Source: an uncultured Verrucomicrobiae bacterium (GTDB lineage Bacteria > Verrucomicrobiota > Verrucomicrobiia > Chthoniobacterales > UBA10450). Taken from it: DNA of 64,000 nt. Where the stretch lies: the NCBI GenBank assembly GCA_963815455.1, contig CAWFGO010000005.1:242225-306224 (forward strand), written 5' to 3'. How positions within the stretch are numbered: the first letter of the stretch is position 1; each line of letters starts with the position of its first letter. The notes beneath the pieces were generated by a model that was given only the letters and a program-made list of their open reading frames with translations, did not search any database and was not told the origin of the DNA. Below are positions 44,808 to 55,868 of the stretch, piece after piece. The position numbers were made by a program, and so were the translations under genes.

Positions 44808-45530
44808 ATGAAAATAATGCTTCCGATTCTCATCGCCGTCTTCGGCCTCACTTCCTCTTCGTGGGCGCAAAGCCCGTCGCCAGCCGGCGACGCGACAAAG
44901 GCCGCTGCACGCACCGACATTTATCACGTCCACTTTGCCAAAGCCGCGCTCGGCAAGGCTGCCGAGCTGGGGGACGTCTTAAAGAAACAGGACCCGGATG
45001 CGCCGATGCCCGGCCATTATATTGTGTTGCGCCACCAGGATGGAGATGCCTGGGATTATTGTGTGATCGAACATCTCGGCACTAAAGCGACTGTCGAAGC
45101 ATCGAGAAAAGCGCCACCGGCGAGTCAGATGGCACTGGGCGATTGGCATACCGATACATTCGTCAGCGGTCCATCGTGGGCGACGTTCGCCAAGGCACTG
45201 GGCTTGGATGACGCAGCCAAGACCACAGCTTCCGCCTATTCGGTCTCGGTGTATCGTCCGGCACCGGGCGAACGCGAAGCGCTCGACAAGTTTTTGAACG
45301 AGCCGCCCGATCGCGCGATGGACACCTCCGCGGGGAACGTCGTCCTGCAACATATGGAAGGGGCGGCGTGGACCTTTGCCGCGATCTCGCGTTACAATTC
45401 GTGGAGCGATTTTGCCAAGAACGAAGTGAATTTTGTCGGGCAGATGTCGAAGAAGGACGCCGGCTGGTTTAAGCTGCGCAGCCTGGTGTCGTATCATACC
45501 GACACGCTGTGCGACCGAATGGCGCCCTAA
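44808..45530 (+). CDS. Exported hypothetical protein with internal duplication
   Basis: Signal peptide; HQDGDAWDY...HTDTF and HMEGAAWTF...HTDTL. Confidence 0.7.
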   Translation: MKIMLPILIAVFGLTSSSWAQSPSPAGDATKAAARTDIYHVHFAKAALGKAAELGDVLKKQDPDAPMPGHYIVLRHQDGDAWDYCVIEHLGTKATVEASRKAPPASQMALGDWHTDTFVSGPSWATFAKALGLDDAAKTTASAYSVSVYRPAPGEREALDKFLNEPPDRAMDTSAGNVVLQHMEGAAWTFAAISRYNSWSDFAKNEVNFVGQMSKKDAGWFKLRSLVSYHTDTLCDRMAP

Positions 45531-45591
45531 CAAGGCAAGCTTTTACATAGCGAGTGGAGGGGATTGCGGCTTATCTGTGCGATAAGTCTTT

Positions 45592-46521
45592 ATGCCGGAT
45601 CGCACCTACGAGTTTGTTCAGCTCGACGTCTTTACCCAGACGCCGTTGACGGGCAATGCGCTCGCCGTTTTCACCGATGCGCGCGGACTGGATGATGGGG
45701 AAATGCAGGCGCTGGCGCGGGAGATGAATCTGTCGGAGACGACTTTCATTCTGCCGCGCGATCCCGCCATTGAAGCGCAGGAAGGAAAGAAAGTTCGTAT
45801 CTTCACTGTCGCGGAGGAGTTGCCGTTCGCCGGTCATCCAACGCTCGGCACCGCGCTCTATATATATGCATCGCGGGCTGCACCCGTCTCTGAACAGTCG
45901 GCCGAGGTCACGCTGGATTTGAAAGCGGGGAAAATTCCGGTGCGATTTACACCTGATTCGGAAAATGCCGGACGTAAGCGAGTGGACGGTCGGGTATTCG
46001 GCGAAATGCGCCAACGCGATCCCGAATTTGGAATTAGCTTTTCGCGCGAAGAAGTTGCTCGCGTGATTGGAATCGGGGCGGACGAAATTCTTCCGGAATG
46101 GCCGATTCAGATTGTCTCGACCGGGTTGCCATTCGCCATTGTTGGCATTCGAAATCAAAAAACCCTGGCGAATCTCAACTTCTCTCACGCGCAGGCAGCA
46201 GAATTTTTGAAGAGCAGCGAGGCCAAGTTTTTTTACTTTCTGTGTCCGCAACGTCACGAAGGTCGACTGGAAGCGCGGGCGCGCATGTTTTTTTACGGAG
46301 CGGAAGATCCCGCTACGGGATCAGCAGCCGGTTGCGCCGCGAGTTGGATGGCGCAACACGGGATCGCAAACAGCGACGAACAAGTGCTGATCCGGCAGGG
46401 TGTCGAAATCCATCGCCCCAGCGAAATGCATGTGCGAGCAACGCGAGACGGTCAACGCGTCACCGACGTTCGCGTTGGCGGATACGCTGTGGAGGTGCTG
46501 CGCGGCACGGTGACGATTTAG
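45592..46521 (+). CDS. PhzF family isomerase/epimerase
   Basis: DVFT...GN, EMNLSETTF, ELPFAGHPTLG, EDPATGSA. Confidence 0.93.
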   Translation: MPDRTYEFVQLDVFTQTPLTGNALAVFTDARGLDDGEMQALAREMNLSETTFILPRDPAIEAQEGKKVRIFTVAEELPFAGHPTLGTALYIYASRAAPVSEQSAEVTLDLKAGKIPVRFTPDSENAGRKRVDGRVFGEMRQRDPEFGISFSREEVARVIGIGADEILPEWPIQIVSTGLPFAIVGIRNQKTLANLNFSHAQAAEFLKSSEAKFFYFLCPQRHEGRLEARARMFFYGAEDPATGSAAGCAASWMAQHGIANSDEQVLIRQGVEIHRPSEMHVRATRDGQRVTDVRVGGYAVEVLRGTVTI

Positions 46522-46596
46522 GAGAGTGACGAGTAACCCGGGTCGCTGAGCAATTCAGTGACAGGTTGACCGAGAGGACCTATCATCCGGCAGTAA

Positions 46597-48240
46597 GTGA
46601 AACGGCCTACAAGCAAGAAAAGGCTTTCGGCGGTCAGGTCGCCGCGCAAGAAAATGAGGAGCGGCCGTTCGCGCCATCTCGGCTCGGCGCGGCAGCTCCT
46701 TGGCGCCAAGGAAGCATTGGAACGCAAGACAGCGGAGCTGGCGCTTTCGCTTTCCATGATGCAGGCGACGCTGGATTCGACCACGGACGCAATCGTCGTG
46801 ACCGACATGAACGGGAATGTAAGGGACTTCAACGAAAAGTACGCGCTGATGATGGGCGTGACCCTGGTCCAGCTAAAAAGAGCGAACGTAAACAAATTGC
46901 GGCTCAAATTTAGCCAGCGGTTTAAAGATCCCGAAGGATTCGTGTCGCGCGTGATGGAAATTTATCGGACTGCGCCGGCGGAGACTTTCGAAGTGTTGGA
47001 ATGGAAGGACGGAACGATCCTGGAGCGGTACTCGCAAGTTCAACTGCTCGATGGCCGCCCGGTGGGCCGGGTCTGGAGTTTTCGCGACGTGACCGAGCGC
47101 AAGCGGGCGGAAGAAAATCTGGAAGCGGCGAAGATTGCGGCGGAGAATGCGAACAAGGCCAAGGACGATTTTCTGGCGTCGTTGAGTCATGAACTGCGGA
47201 CGCCGCTAACGCCGGCATTGGTGGCGGCGAGTTATCTCGCCGAAAACGAGAATCTGCCGTCGGAGTTTCGCGAGGACGTGACGGCGATTTGGCGCAACGT
47301 TCAACTGGAAGCGCAGTTGATCGACGATCTGCTCGATGTAACGCGAATCACGCGAGGGAAAATCGAAGTGGAGTATCAAGTGGTCGACGTGCACCGGCTG
47401 GTGCACAGCGCGCTGGAAATCGTCGGAAGCGATGTGTCGAAAAAGGAGATCGAGCTGGTGATCGATTTGAGCGCGGCGCAGGTTAATATCTGGGCGGATC
47501 CGGTCCGGATTCAGCAAGTGTTTTGGAACCTGATGAACAACGCCGTCAAGTTCACGCCGCAGAAAGGCCGGATCAGCATTCGGTCGTTTAACACGGGGAG
47601 GCAGTTCGTTTTCGAAATCAGCGATTCGGGAATTGGCATCGAGCCGGAACGAGCCGCCAGGATTTTTGAGCCGTTCTATCAGGGCGAACGCTCCATTACC
47701 AAACGATTCGGCGGACTCGGGCTGGGCTTAACGATTTCGAAAACGTTGCTCGACCTGCACGGCGGAACGATCAGCGTGGAAAGCGAAGGAAAGGGCCAGG
47801 GCGCGACGTTTCGAGTAGGTCTCGATCTTTTGCACGCGCCCGCGGCGGCGCCGAAGGATGAGGTCAGCAAAGGGGTGATCGCTCCGAAAAGTTTGCGGCT
47901 TGTGCTGGTGGACGATCATGCTGACACACGCGCAGTTCTCGCGCGTCTTCTGGCGAAATGCGGACATGAAGTGGTCACGGCGGATTCCGCGGACCAGGCA
48001 TTGAAGATTCTCGACGGCGGCCGATTCGATGCATTGATCAGCGATATTGGTTTACCCGATTGCAGCGGCTACGAACTGATGCGTGAGGCGAAGCGAAGGC
48101 AACCGTTGAAGGGGATCGCCCTTTCCGGATTGGGGATGGAGGAGGATGTGCTGCGTAGTATGGAGGCGGGATTCGACGTTCACCTAATCAAGCCGATTAA
48201 TTTCCAGGAGATGCGCTCCGTCTTAGAAAAGCTCGCATAA
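46597..48240 (+). CDS. Hybrid sensor histidine kinase (PAS-HisKA-HATPase-REC)
   Basis: SHELRTPL, NLMNNAVKFT, DSGIG, GLGLGL, LVDD, ISDIGLP. Confidence 0.95.
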   Translation: MKRPTSKKRLSAVRSPRKKMRSGRSRHLGSARQLLGAKEALERKTAELALSLSMMQATLDSTTDAIVVTDMNGNVRDFNEKYALMMGVTLVQLKRANVNKLRLKFSQRFKDPEGFVSRVMEIYRTAPAETFEVLEWKDGTILERYSQVQLLDGRPVGRVWSFRDVTERKRAEENLEAAKIAAENANKAKDDFLASLSHELRTPLTPALVAASYLAENENLPSEFREDVTAIWRNVQLEAQLIDDLLDVTRITRGKIEVEYQVVDVHRLVHSALEIVGSDVSKKEIELVIDLSAAQVNIWADPVRIQQVFWNLMNNAVKFTPQKGRISIRSFNTGRQFVFEISDSGIGIEPERAARIFEPFYQGERSITKRFGGLGLGLTISKTLLDLHGGTISVESEGKGQGATFRVGLDLLHAPAAAPKDEVSKGVIAPKSLRLVLVDDHADTRAVLARLLAKCGHEVVTADSADQALKILDGGRFDALISDIGLPDCSGYELMREAKRRQPLKGIALSGLGMEEDVLRSMEAGFDVHLIKPINFQEMRSVLEKLA

Positions 48241-48351
48241 AGAATCTGAGCGGGACTGATATTGATGACGAGTGACCCGTACCGCTTCGACTTGCCACGG
48301 CGACGCTTTTCAGCGGCGCTACGAGACAATCACGGCCGAAATCGGCTCGTC

Positions 48352-48933
48352 CTAAAATCGCCTGCGCCGTTGCGGGCCGCGGAGTTTTGCGTGCCGCGGG
48401 CAATTCACCAGGTGATCGTTGACCATGCCGACAGCCTGCATAAGAGCGTAACAGATGGTTGAGCCGCAGAACTTGAATCCACGCTTGAGCAGATCGCGGC
48501 TCATGGCGTCGGATTCGGCCGTGCGCGCGGGCACATCGGCCATTCTGCGTCGCCGATTCTGGATTGGCTTGCCGCCGACGAAGCTCCAGAGATAATCGTC
48601 GAAGCTGCCGAATTCCTTCCGAACTACGAGAAACATCTTTGCGTTCTGAATCGTGGCCAGGATTTTCAAGCGGTTGCGCACGATCCCGGCATCGCTAAGC
48701 AGCCGCTTCACATCGCGCGCATCGTAACGGGCAATTTTTTCCGGGCGAAAACGGTCAAACGCTTTTCGATAATTTTCACGCTTCTTCAGGATCGTTGTCC
48801 AGCTCAAGCCTGCCTGCGCACCCTCCAGAATGAGGAACTCGAATAGCTCCCGATCATCGTGCACCGGAACGCCCCATTCCTCATCGTGATAAGTGATGTT
48901 CGGTTCGGCAGTCGCCCACGGACAACGCGGCAT
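48352..48933 (-). CDS. tag: DNA-3-methyladenine glycosylase I
   Basis: RCPW...YHDEEWG, LEGAQAGLSW, NDH...C. Confidence 0.95.
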   Translation of the reverse strand: MPRCPWATAEPNITYHDEEWGVPVHDDRELFEFLILEGAQAGLSWTTILKKRENYRKAFDRFRPEKIARYDARDVKRLLSDAGIVRNRLKILATIQNAKMFLVVRKEFGSFDDYLWSFVGGKPIQNRRRRMADVPARTAESDAMSRDLLKRGFKFCGSTICYALMQAVGMVNDHLVNCPRHAKLRGPQRRRRF

Positions 48934-49116
48934 ATGGCTTAGAAATTAGCAGAGATAATCACAAAAGCGTATTTGGACGGGTTGCTCTGAAATGGCCAGG
49001 GGTCAGTTTCGTTGAGTTTAAGCTGGACGCGGAGAACGACTTGCCCATACGCTACGGAACATTTTCAGGGCGACCATGGGAAAAACGCAGAAGAGCTAGA
49101 AACAGGAAGATAACTT

Positions 49117-49407
49117 ATGGATATCACGACCTTGATTATTGAAGCGGTTAGCGGCGCGGTCGGCGGCAACGTCGCCGGCGCGGCCATGAAAGATAAAAGT
49201 CTGGGCGCAATTGGAAATTCGATTGCGGGAATTGTCGGTGGCGGTCTCGGTGGGACGATTCTGCAAACGGTGATGGGTTCCGCGGCAGCCGGAGGCGGAG
49301 GAATGGATATGCAGAGTATCCTGGCCAATGTCGGTGGCGGCGGAGTTGGCGGCGCGATTTTGATGGCCGTCATCGGCATCATCAAGAGCCAGATGTCGAA
49401 GAGTTAG
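49117..49407 (+). CDS. Small glycine-rich membrane protein
   Basis: GxxxG-rich hydrophobic helices; AGGAAG RBS-like sequence upstream. Confidence 0.75.
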   Translation: MDITTLIIEAVSGAVGGNVAGAAMKDKSLGAIGNSIAGIVGGGLGGTILQTVMGSAAAGGGGMDMQSILANVGGGGVGGAILMAVIGIIKSQMSKS

Positions 49408-49428
49408 GCCAGATCTGGGAGAAGCCCT

Positions 49429-51139
49429 CTAGCTGCGATCGGCCGATGCGGCGAGAGCCGCTTGCACGCCGGCGACGGCCATGCCGCCTTCGCCGACGGC
49501 AGCCGCGCAACGTTTCACCGAACCGGACCGGACATCGCCCGCCGCGAAAATGCCCGGAAGACTGGTCTCGAGCGGGCTTGGTCGACGTTTGCTCGCTTTC
49601 CACGCAGGCGCATCGACAACGTCCGATCCCGTTTTGATAAATCCTTTTTCGTCGCGCTCGATCTCAGGTGGCAGCCACTCGGTGCAAGGATTGGCACCGA
49701 TCATGGAAAAAATCGCCGGTGTTCGCACCACGCGTCGTTCGCCGGTCTTTGTGTTTTCCAGCTCGGCTTCGTCGAGCATTTTGTTCCCGGACATTTTTCG
49801 GATCTGGGTGTGATAAAGAATTTCGATGTTCGGCTGCGAGCTGTACTCGTCGAGAAAGGTAGGTCGACATTTTGGAAAGATCGTTCCCGCGGATTACAAA
49901 CAAGACTTTGGCGGCGCCGTCGGAAAGAAACATCGCGGCCTGCCCGGCTGAATTGCCGCTGCCGGCCACGATAACTGTTTCGCCGCGACAAATCTGGCCT
50001 TCCAGTGCGGTGGCGGCGTAGTAAACACCCATGTTTTCGAATTGTTCGCGACCCTCCGCGTTCAGCCGGTTGTAATCCGCGCCGGTCGCGATCAGAACGC
50101 ACCTGGCCCGGAGCACGGCCCCGCAACCTTCCACTTGAAGACAGACGCCGTATTCGCCGGCGCCGTCGTAACGCAGGGAGAGGGCCTGGGCCGGCGTGGA
50201 AAATTTCGCCCCGAACCGATAGGCCTGAAGCTGGGCCAGCCAGGTGAGATCGCCACCGCTAATTCCAGTCGGGAATCCGAAAAAGTTTTCGATCAGAGAA
50301 GACGAACCGGCCTGGCCGCCCGGAGCGTAGCTTTCCAGCACGACCGTTCTTAATCCTTCGGACGCGGCGTAAACTGCTGCGGCAAGGCCCGCCGGACCGG
50401 CACCGACAATGGTCAGGTCGGACATGATTTCGGTTTCGTTCTCGAAGGCGAGCGGGCGCAGGAGACCAGCCACTTGCGCCACTTCGCGCAATGAAGGCCT
50501 ACGCAACGGCGCGCCCGCTGGTGTAATCAGCGCGGGCAGATCGCGCGTGGTCAGATGGAGCCGTTTGCTCAGCGCCTGGCCCTGTTCGCTTTCAAATTCG
50601 ATGAGCCGATGCGGGATATGATTTTTGTCGAGGAAATCATCGAGCTGATGTCCTTCGCGTCCCGCACGCGCGGCTAGAACACGCATTCCGGCAAACTCGC
50701 GATCCCGCCGGAGTCGGCGGCGGCGCATAATAAGAGCATCTACTATCGGTCCGCTCACGCCGGGCAGCTCGGCAAACGCACGCCGCAGTTCAGCGGCCGG
50801 GACGTAAAGTATCTCTGCTTCGGGCGAGATAACGCGCGCGCTGGCCAGGGCGGATGTGCCCTGCAACATGGCGACGTCGCCGACGAAGTCGCGTTCGCGT
50901 GCCGTGGCGAGAATCTGTTCCGTGCCATCACGCAGCTCGAAAGCCTCGATCTCGCCGCGCAGAACGATGGTCAAGCCGAGATCGCGTTGGCCGGCTTTGT
51001 AAATCAGATCACCTTGCTTGATGACGCGTCGTCTGCCCAGGGGCTCAAGCAGGGAAAGCTGGTGATCGTCGAGCTTCGGGAAAGCGATGCTTTCCGTGTC
51101 GCGATAGAACTGTTCGTCTTCTTGTTCGTCCGGCGTCAT
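49429..51139 (-). CDS. cNMP-binding domain thioredoxin-reductase-like FAD oxidoreductase, frameshift near 49835
   Basis: N-terminal FPKL cNMP domain; GAGPAG, GGQAGSSSLIEN, GSGNSAG, GIFAAGDVR. Confidence 0.88.
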
Positions 51140-51285
51140 TTGATGGACTTTACGCGCTGAAGCCCGCCTCCGCCAAGCCTCCGGCGTGGCAGACCCGCCT
51201 TCGTCCTACTCCGACTGGGTCCGTCCGCGAGAAGACGAAAGAGAAAATGTAATCTATGGTGCCCCGAACTGGTCATTGGAGAAAT

Positions 51286-52242
51286 ATGAAAACAGCCTTT
51301 GCGTTGAGCGCGATCGTTTTGCTGATCGCGATCCGTAGCCTCCAAGGAGCGGCCTATGATCCGATTGATATCGCTCAGAATTTTCACGCAGAGGTGCGCG
51401 ATTTGTCGGTGCATGACGCGACGCGGAACCGCGACATCCCGGTCCGAATTTATCTGCCGTCGACAACATCAGCGGCCCCACTGGTGCTTTTCAGTCCCGG
51501 ATTGGGAGGTTCGCGCGCGGGCAGTGAATTTCTTGGTGAACACTGGGCGGCGCGCGGTTATTTGGCGGTCTTTGTCCAACATCCAGGGAGCGACGATGCA
51601 GTCTGGAAGCAAGCAGCGCCCGAGGAAGGTATGGCGGCGATGCGCGAGGCCGCATCGTTGAAGAATTTTCTTTTACGGGTGCGAGACATTCCCGCGGTGC
51701 TCGATCAACTGGAAGTTTGGAACAAGACCGGACCGCTGGCCGGGCGAATGGATCTAACTAAAATCGGAATGTCGGGTCATTCGTTTGGCGCGATTACGAC
51801 CGAGGCTGTGAGCGGTGAAACGCTGCCGCTGAGCGGCACGAAATTCACCGACCCAAGAATTCGCGCGGCGGTGATATTCAGTCCGAGCGTTCCAAGATCG
51901 ACATCGGCCGAAAAAGCATTCGGCGCGGTGAAGATTCCATGGCTGCTCATGACCGGGACGAAGGATACTGCGCCGATTGGGCACGCTGATGCCAAATCGC
52001 GCTTGGAGGTTTACCCGGCCCTGCACGGTGCGCCGAAATATGAAGTCGTTTTGAACAACGCGGAGCATTCCGTCTTCACCGATCGGGCTTTGCCCGGTGA
52101 TAGCGAGCCGCGAAATCCGAATCATCATCGCGTGATTTTGGCGCTTTCGACTGCGTTTTGGGACGCATATTTGCGGAACAATAAAGATGCACTGACATGG
52201 TTGAAGGGCTCTAGACCACGTACCGGTCATGGAACCGTCTGA
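51286..52242 (+). CDS. Exported alpha/beta hydrolase (dienelactone hydrolase-like)
   Basis: FSPGLGG, GHSFG, TGTKD, AEH. Confidence 0.85.
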   Translation: MKTAFALSAIVLLIAIRSLQGAAYDPIDIAQNFHAEVRDLSVHDATRNRDIPVRIYLPSTTSAAPLVLFSPGLGGSRAGSEFLGEHWAARGYLAVFVQHPGSDDAVWKQAAPEEGMAAMREAASLKNFLLRVRDIPAVLDQLEVWNKTGPLAGRMDLTKIGMSGHSFGAITTEAVSGETLPLSGTKFTDPRIRAAVIFSPSVPRSTSAEKAFGAVKIPWLLMTGTKDTAPIGHADAKSRLEVYPALHGAPKYEVVLNNAEHSVFTDRALPGDSEPRNPNHHRVILALSTAFWDAYLRNNKDALTWLKGSRPRTGHGTV

Positions 52243-52353
52243 CGATTGGAAAGCAGAAGCGGGCAATGGAAGGTAGAAAGTCCGAGATAGGATCGACAAG
52301 GTTCATTCGAGAGTTACTTGCTTTCCTGCGCTAAAGGTTTGAAGAATCCGAAG

Positions 52354-53385
52354 ATGAATATGAAAACGAAATTTGCGATGGTTGTCACGGTGCTGCTCGG
52401 TTTTGTCTCGATGATTGCGGCTACCGCTTCATCGGCGAAGCCGATGATGAAAGCGGCTGTCGTTCACGAATATGGCGGCCCGGAGGTTTTTAAGTACGAA
52501 GATGTTTCCCGGCCGGAGCCGAAGGATGACGAGGTTTTGGTCCGGGTGATGGCGGCCGGAGTGAATCCGGTGGACACGTACGTGCGGCAGGGGATGCGAT
52601 CGAAAAGTGGCCCCGATCAGCCAATGATTATCGGCTATGACATTGCCGGCGTGGTTGAAAAAGCCGGAGCGAAAATAACAAAGTTCAAGCCGGGCGATTC
52701 GGTTTATGCCTATCTGCCGGTTTCGCGCGGCGGTGGTTATGCGGAATTTGCGATTGCGAAAGAAGGGGAGATGTCGCTCAAGCCGAAGAACATTGATTTT
52801 GAAAAAGCCGCCGCGGTCCCGTTGGCGGCAACGACCGCATGGCAGGCACTGGTCGACACGGCGAAGATCGACAAGGGACAGACCGTGCTGATTCATGGCG
52901 GGTCCGGCGGGGTTGGATGCTTCGCGGTTCAAATTGCCAAGGCGCGCGGAGCCAAAGTGATCGCGACCGCTTCGACGGCGAACCAGGATTTGCTGAAGCA
53001 ACTTGGCGTCGATCAGCCAATTGATTACACCACGACGAAGTTCGAGGACGTGGTGAAGGATGTCGATGTTGTTCTGAACTGTGTTCGAGGAAGTACGCTT
53101 CCGCCCTCCTACGGAATAGTGAAGAAGGGCGGAATGATCGTCTCAATCACGGACGAGCCCGACGCGGCCGAATGCGCCAAGCATGACATTCGTTGTTCGA
53201 GAATGATGGCGCATCCCGATGCCAAAGTGCTCGAGGAGCTGACGAAACTAATCGAGGAGAACAAGATCACGCCAATCGTGTCGGAGACTTTTCCCCTGAT
53301 GGACGTGACCAAGGCGCACCGGCAGATCGAGACGCATCATACCCGAGGCAAGATCGTGCTCAAGATCGCGCCGGAGCCGAAATGA
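52354..53385 (+). CDS. NADP-dependent quinone oxidoreductase (MDR family)
   Basis: AGVNPVD, GYDIAG, IHGGSGGVG, RGKIVL. Confidence 0.9.
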   Translation: MNMKTKFAMVVTVLLGFVSMIAATASSAKPMMKAAVVHEYGGPEVFKYEDVSRPEPKDDEVLVRVMAAGVNPVDTYVRQGMRSKSGPDQPMIIGYDIAGVVEKAGAKITKFKPGDSVYAYLPVSRGGGYAEFAIAKEGEMSLKPKNIDFEKAAAVPLAATTAWQALVDTAKIDKGQTVLIHGGSGGVGCFAVQIAKARGAKVIATASTANQDLLKQLGVDQPIDYTTTKFEDVVKDVDVVLNCVRGSTLPPSYGIVKKGGMIVSITDEPDAAECAKHDIRCSRMMAHPDAKVLEELTKLIEENKITPIVSETFPLMDVTKAHRQIETHHTRGKIVLKIAPEPK

Positions 53386-53466
53386 TTCCTTGATCTCGGC
53401 TCGCGCGAGAGTGACGAGCGCCGTGTGACGTGCTAAAGAAACAGGTTGCACACCGATTCCTTCGTC

Positions 53467-54653
53467 ATGACCAAGACCTACGAACTTCGCCTGGCCAAAC
53501 GGATGGCGCGTCTCGGCACAGAGACCGCGTTCGAAGTGCTGGTAAAAGCGCGGGCCCTGGAGGCGAAGGGCCGCGATATCGTGCATCTCGAGATCGGCGA
53601 GCCGGATTTCGATACTCCGGCAAACATCATCGAGGCGGCCAGCGACGCGTTGCACAAAGGTTTTACCCACTACGGGCCTTCTGCCGGGATGCCCCAATTG
53701 CGCGAGGTGATCGCGCAATATGTCAGTGAGACGCGCCGGGTTAACGCGACACCCGAAGAGGTGGTAGTCGTCCCCGGTGGCAAGCCGATCATTTTCTTCA
53801 CCATTCTCGCGTTGGTTGAAGAAGGCGGACGAAGTCATTTATCCCAATCCCGGATTTCCGATTTACGAGTCGATGATCAACTACATCGGCGAGAAAGCCG
53901 TGCCCATCCGGTTGCGCGAAGAAATGGATTTCCGTCTCGATGTCGATGAGATCGGGGGGCTGATCAACGATCGAACCAAGTTGATCATTCTGAATTCTCC
54001 GCAAAACCCGACCGGCGGAGTTCTTGACCGAGGATGACCTGAAGGGGATCGCGCGCGCGATCGGCGATCGCAACATCATGGTGCTGACCGACGAGATCTA
54101 CAGCCGGCTCATCTTCGAAGGCGAACATCATTCCATCATGTCGATCGACGGAATGAAGGAGCGCTGCATTTTGCTCGACGGTTTTTCCAAGACCTACGCC
54201 ATGACCGGTTGGCGGATGGGTTACGGCGTGATGCGATCCGACCTCGCTGCACACATTTCCCGATTGATGACCAACTCCAACTCCTGCACTGCCAGTTTTA
54301 CCCAGGTCGCCGGAATCGAAGCGCTCCGCGGTCCGCAAGAGTCGGTCGACAAAATGTGCGCTGAGTTCAAAACACGGCGCGACGTGATGGTGGCGGGTCT
54401 TAATAAGATCAAGGGTTTCTCCTGCCGCCTGCCTAAGGGCGCCTTTTACGTTTTCCCAAACATCACGAAAACCGGGTGGCCATCGCAGAAGCTGGCCAAC
54501 GCGCTGCTCGACGATGCCGGCGTCGCCGCGCTCTCCGGGACCTCCTTCGGTTCTTTCGGCGAAGGTTATGTGAGGTTTAGTGTGGCCAATTCAATCCAGA
54601 ACATCGAGAAAGCGCTCGATCGGGTGGGAAGTTGGGCAGAAAAAAATCTGTAA
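53467..54653 (+). CDS. Class I/II PLP aminotransferase (aspartate aminotransferase-like), frameshifts near 53825 and 54025
   Basis: IGEPDF, NSPQNPTG, DEIY, GFSKTYAMTGWRMG. Confidence 0.9.
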
Positions 54654-54727
54654 GCAGACGGGATCCGCAGGATTGTGTGGATTGTTTGCAGCGGGTCTCA
54701 TAAGAATCGGGCAACTCCTGTCCAGAA

Positions 54728-55837
54728 ATGAAACGAATCTTTGCCACTTCCCGAATCGGCGAGCCGGCTGAGAACCGCCTGCGCGAGCACGGCTACGAGC
54801 TCGAAGTTTTCCAGGGGCCGGAGGCGCCACCGAAAAAATTGATCGTCGAGAAAGTCAAAAGCGGAATCGACGCTTTAATCACCACACTGCGCGATCCGAT
54901 TGACGCCGAGATTTTCGAAGCTGGGAAAGGGACGCTCAAGGTTGTGGCCCAGATCGCGGTCGGGTTCGATAACATCAACCGCGCGGACGCCAATAAATAC
55001 AAAATCCCATTCACCAACACGGCCGACGTGCTGACTGAAGCCACCGCCGAGTTCGGCTTTTTTATGATGGGAATGCTGGCGCGCAAGATGTGGCAGAGCG
55101 AGCGGCTCGTTCGCGAACAGAAATGGCCGTCGTGGCATCCGTTTCTCCCCTTTCTTGGCGACGAAGTCACCGGCAAGACGATCGCAATCATCGGCACTGG
55201 GCGAATCGGTTTGGCGATGATCAAGAAGTGCGCGGGTTTCGACATGAACATTCTTTGTTACGATCCGGCTTATCAAAATCATCAGTACATCGCGGCGATC
55301 CAAGAGACGATGGACCTGCGGCACGCACGAGGGATTCAAAAGGAAAAGACGTGGATTAAGTATGTCGATCTTGAAGACGCGTTGCGCGGCGCCGACTACG
55401 TAAGTATTCACGTGCCGCTGTTGCTGGAGATCGAAACCGACAAGCCGACCTACCATTTCATCAACGAGAAGACGCTGCGGCTGATGAAGGCGACCGCGTA
55501 CCTAATAAATACGTCGCGCGGTCCGGTGGTGGACGAGAAGGCGCTGGCCAAAGTGTTGAAGGAAAATGTCATTGCCGGCGCGGCGCTCGATGTTTTTGAA
55601 AAGGAACCGCTGCCATCCGATTCGCCGCTGCTGGATCCCGAAATCGCCGACCGTTGCCGAGTGTTTCATCATTTCGCCAGCGGTGCACGGATCACGCGGC
55701 TGGATGTCGATCCTGAGAAAGGGATGGCCGGCCGCACGGTGCAGGCAGTGATCGACGTTCTGGAAGGCAATTACGGCGGCGACCCGACCAAAATGCCGTA
55801 CGTGGTGAACAAGGAAGCGTTCGGGAAGAAAAGCTGA
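54728..55837 (+). CDS. D-2-hydroxyacid dehydrogenase (D-glycerate dehydrogenase/glyoxylate reductase)
   Basis: AVGFDNI, GTGRIG, INTSRG, ALDVFEKEP. Confidence 0.9.
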   Translation: MKRIFATSRIGEPAENRLREHGYELEVFQGPEAPPKKLIVEKVKSGIDALITTLRDPIDAEIFEAGKGTLKVVAQIAVGFDNINRADANKYKIPFTNTADVLTEATAEFGFFMMGMLARKMWQSERLVREQKWPSWHPFLPFLGDEVTGKTIAIIGTGRIGLAMIKKCAGFDMNILCYDPAYQNHQYIAAIQETMDLRHARGIQKEKTWIKYVDLEDALRGADYVSIHVPLLLEIETDKPTYHFINEKTLRLMKATAYLINTSRGPVVDEKALAKVLKENVIAGAALDVFEKEPLPSDSPLLDPEIADRCRVFHHFASGARITRLDVDPEKGMAGRTVQAVIDVLEGNYGGDPTKMPYVVNKEAFGKKS

Positions 55838-55868
55838 GAGTTAATTGTTGAGAGTTGAGAGGAAACCG

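Noticed and set aside
45592..46521. PhzF as evidence of a phenazine cluster
   Set aside because: No other phz genes nearby; stand-alone PhzF-family genes are common.
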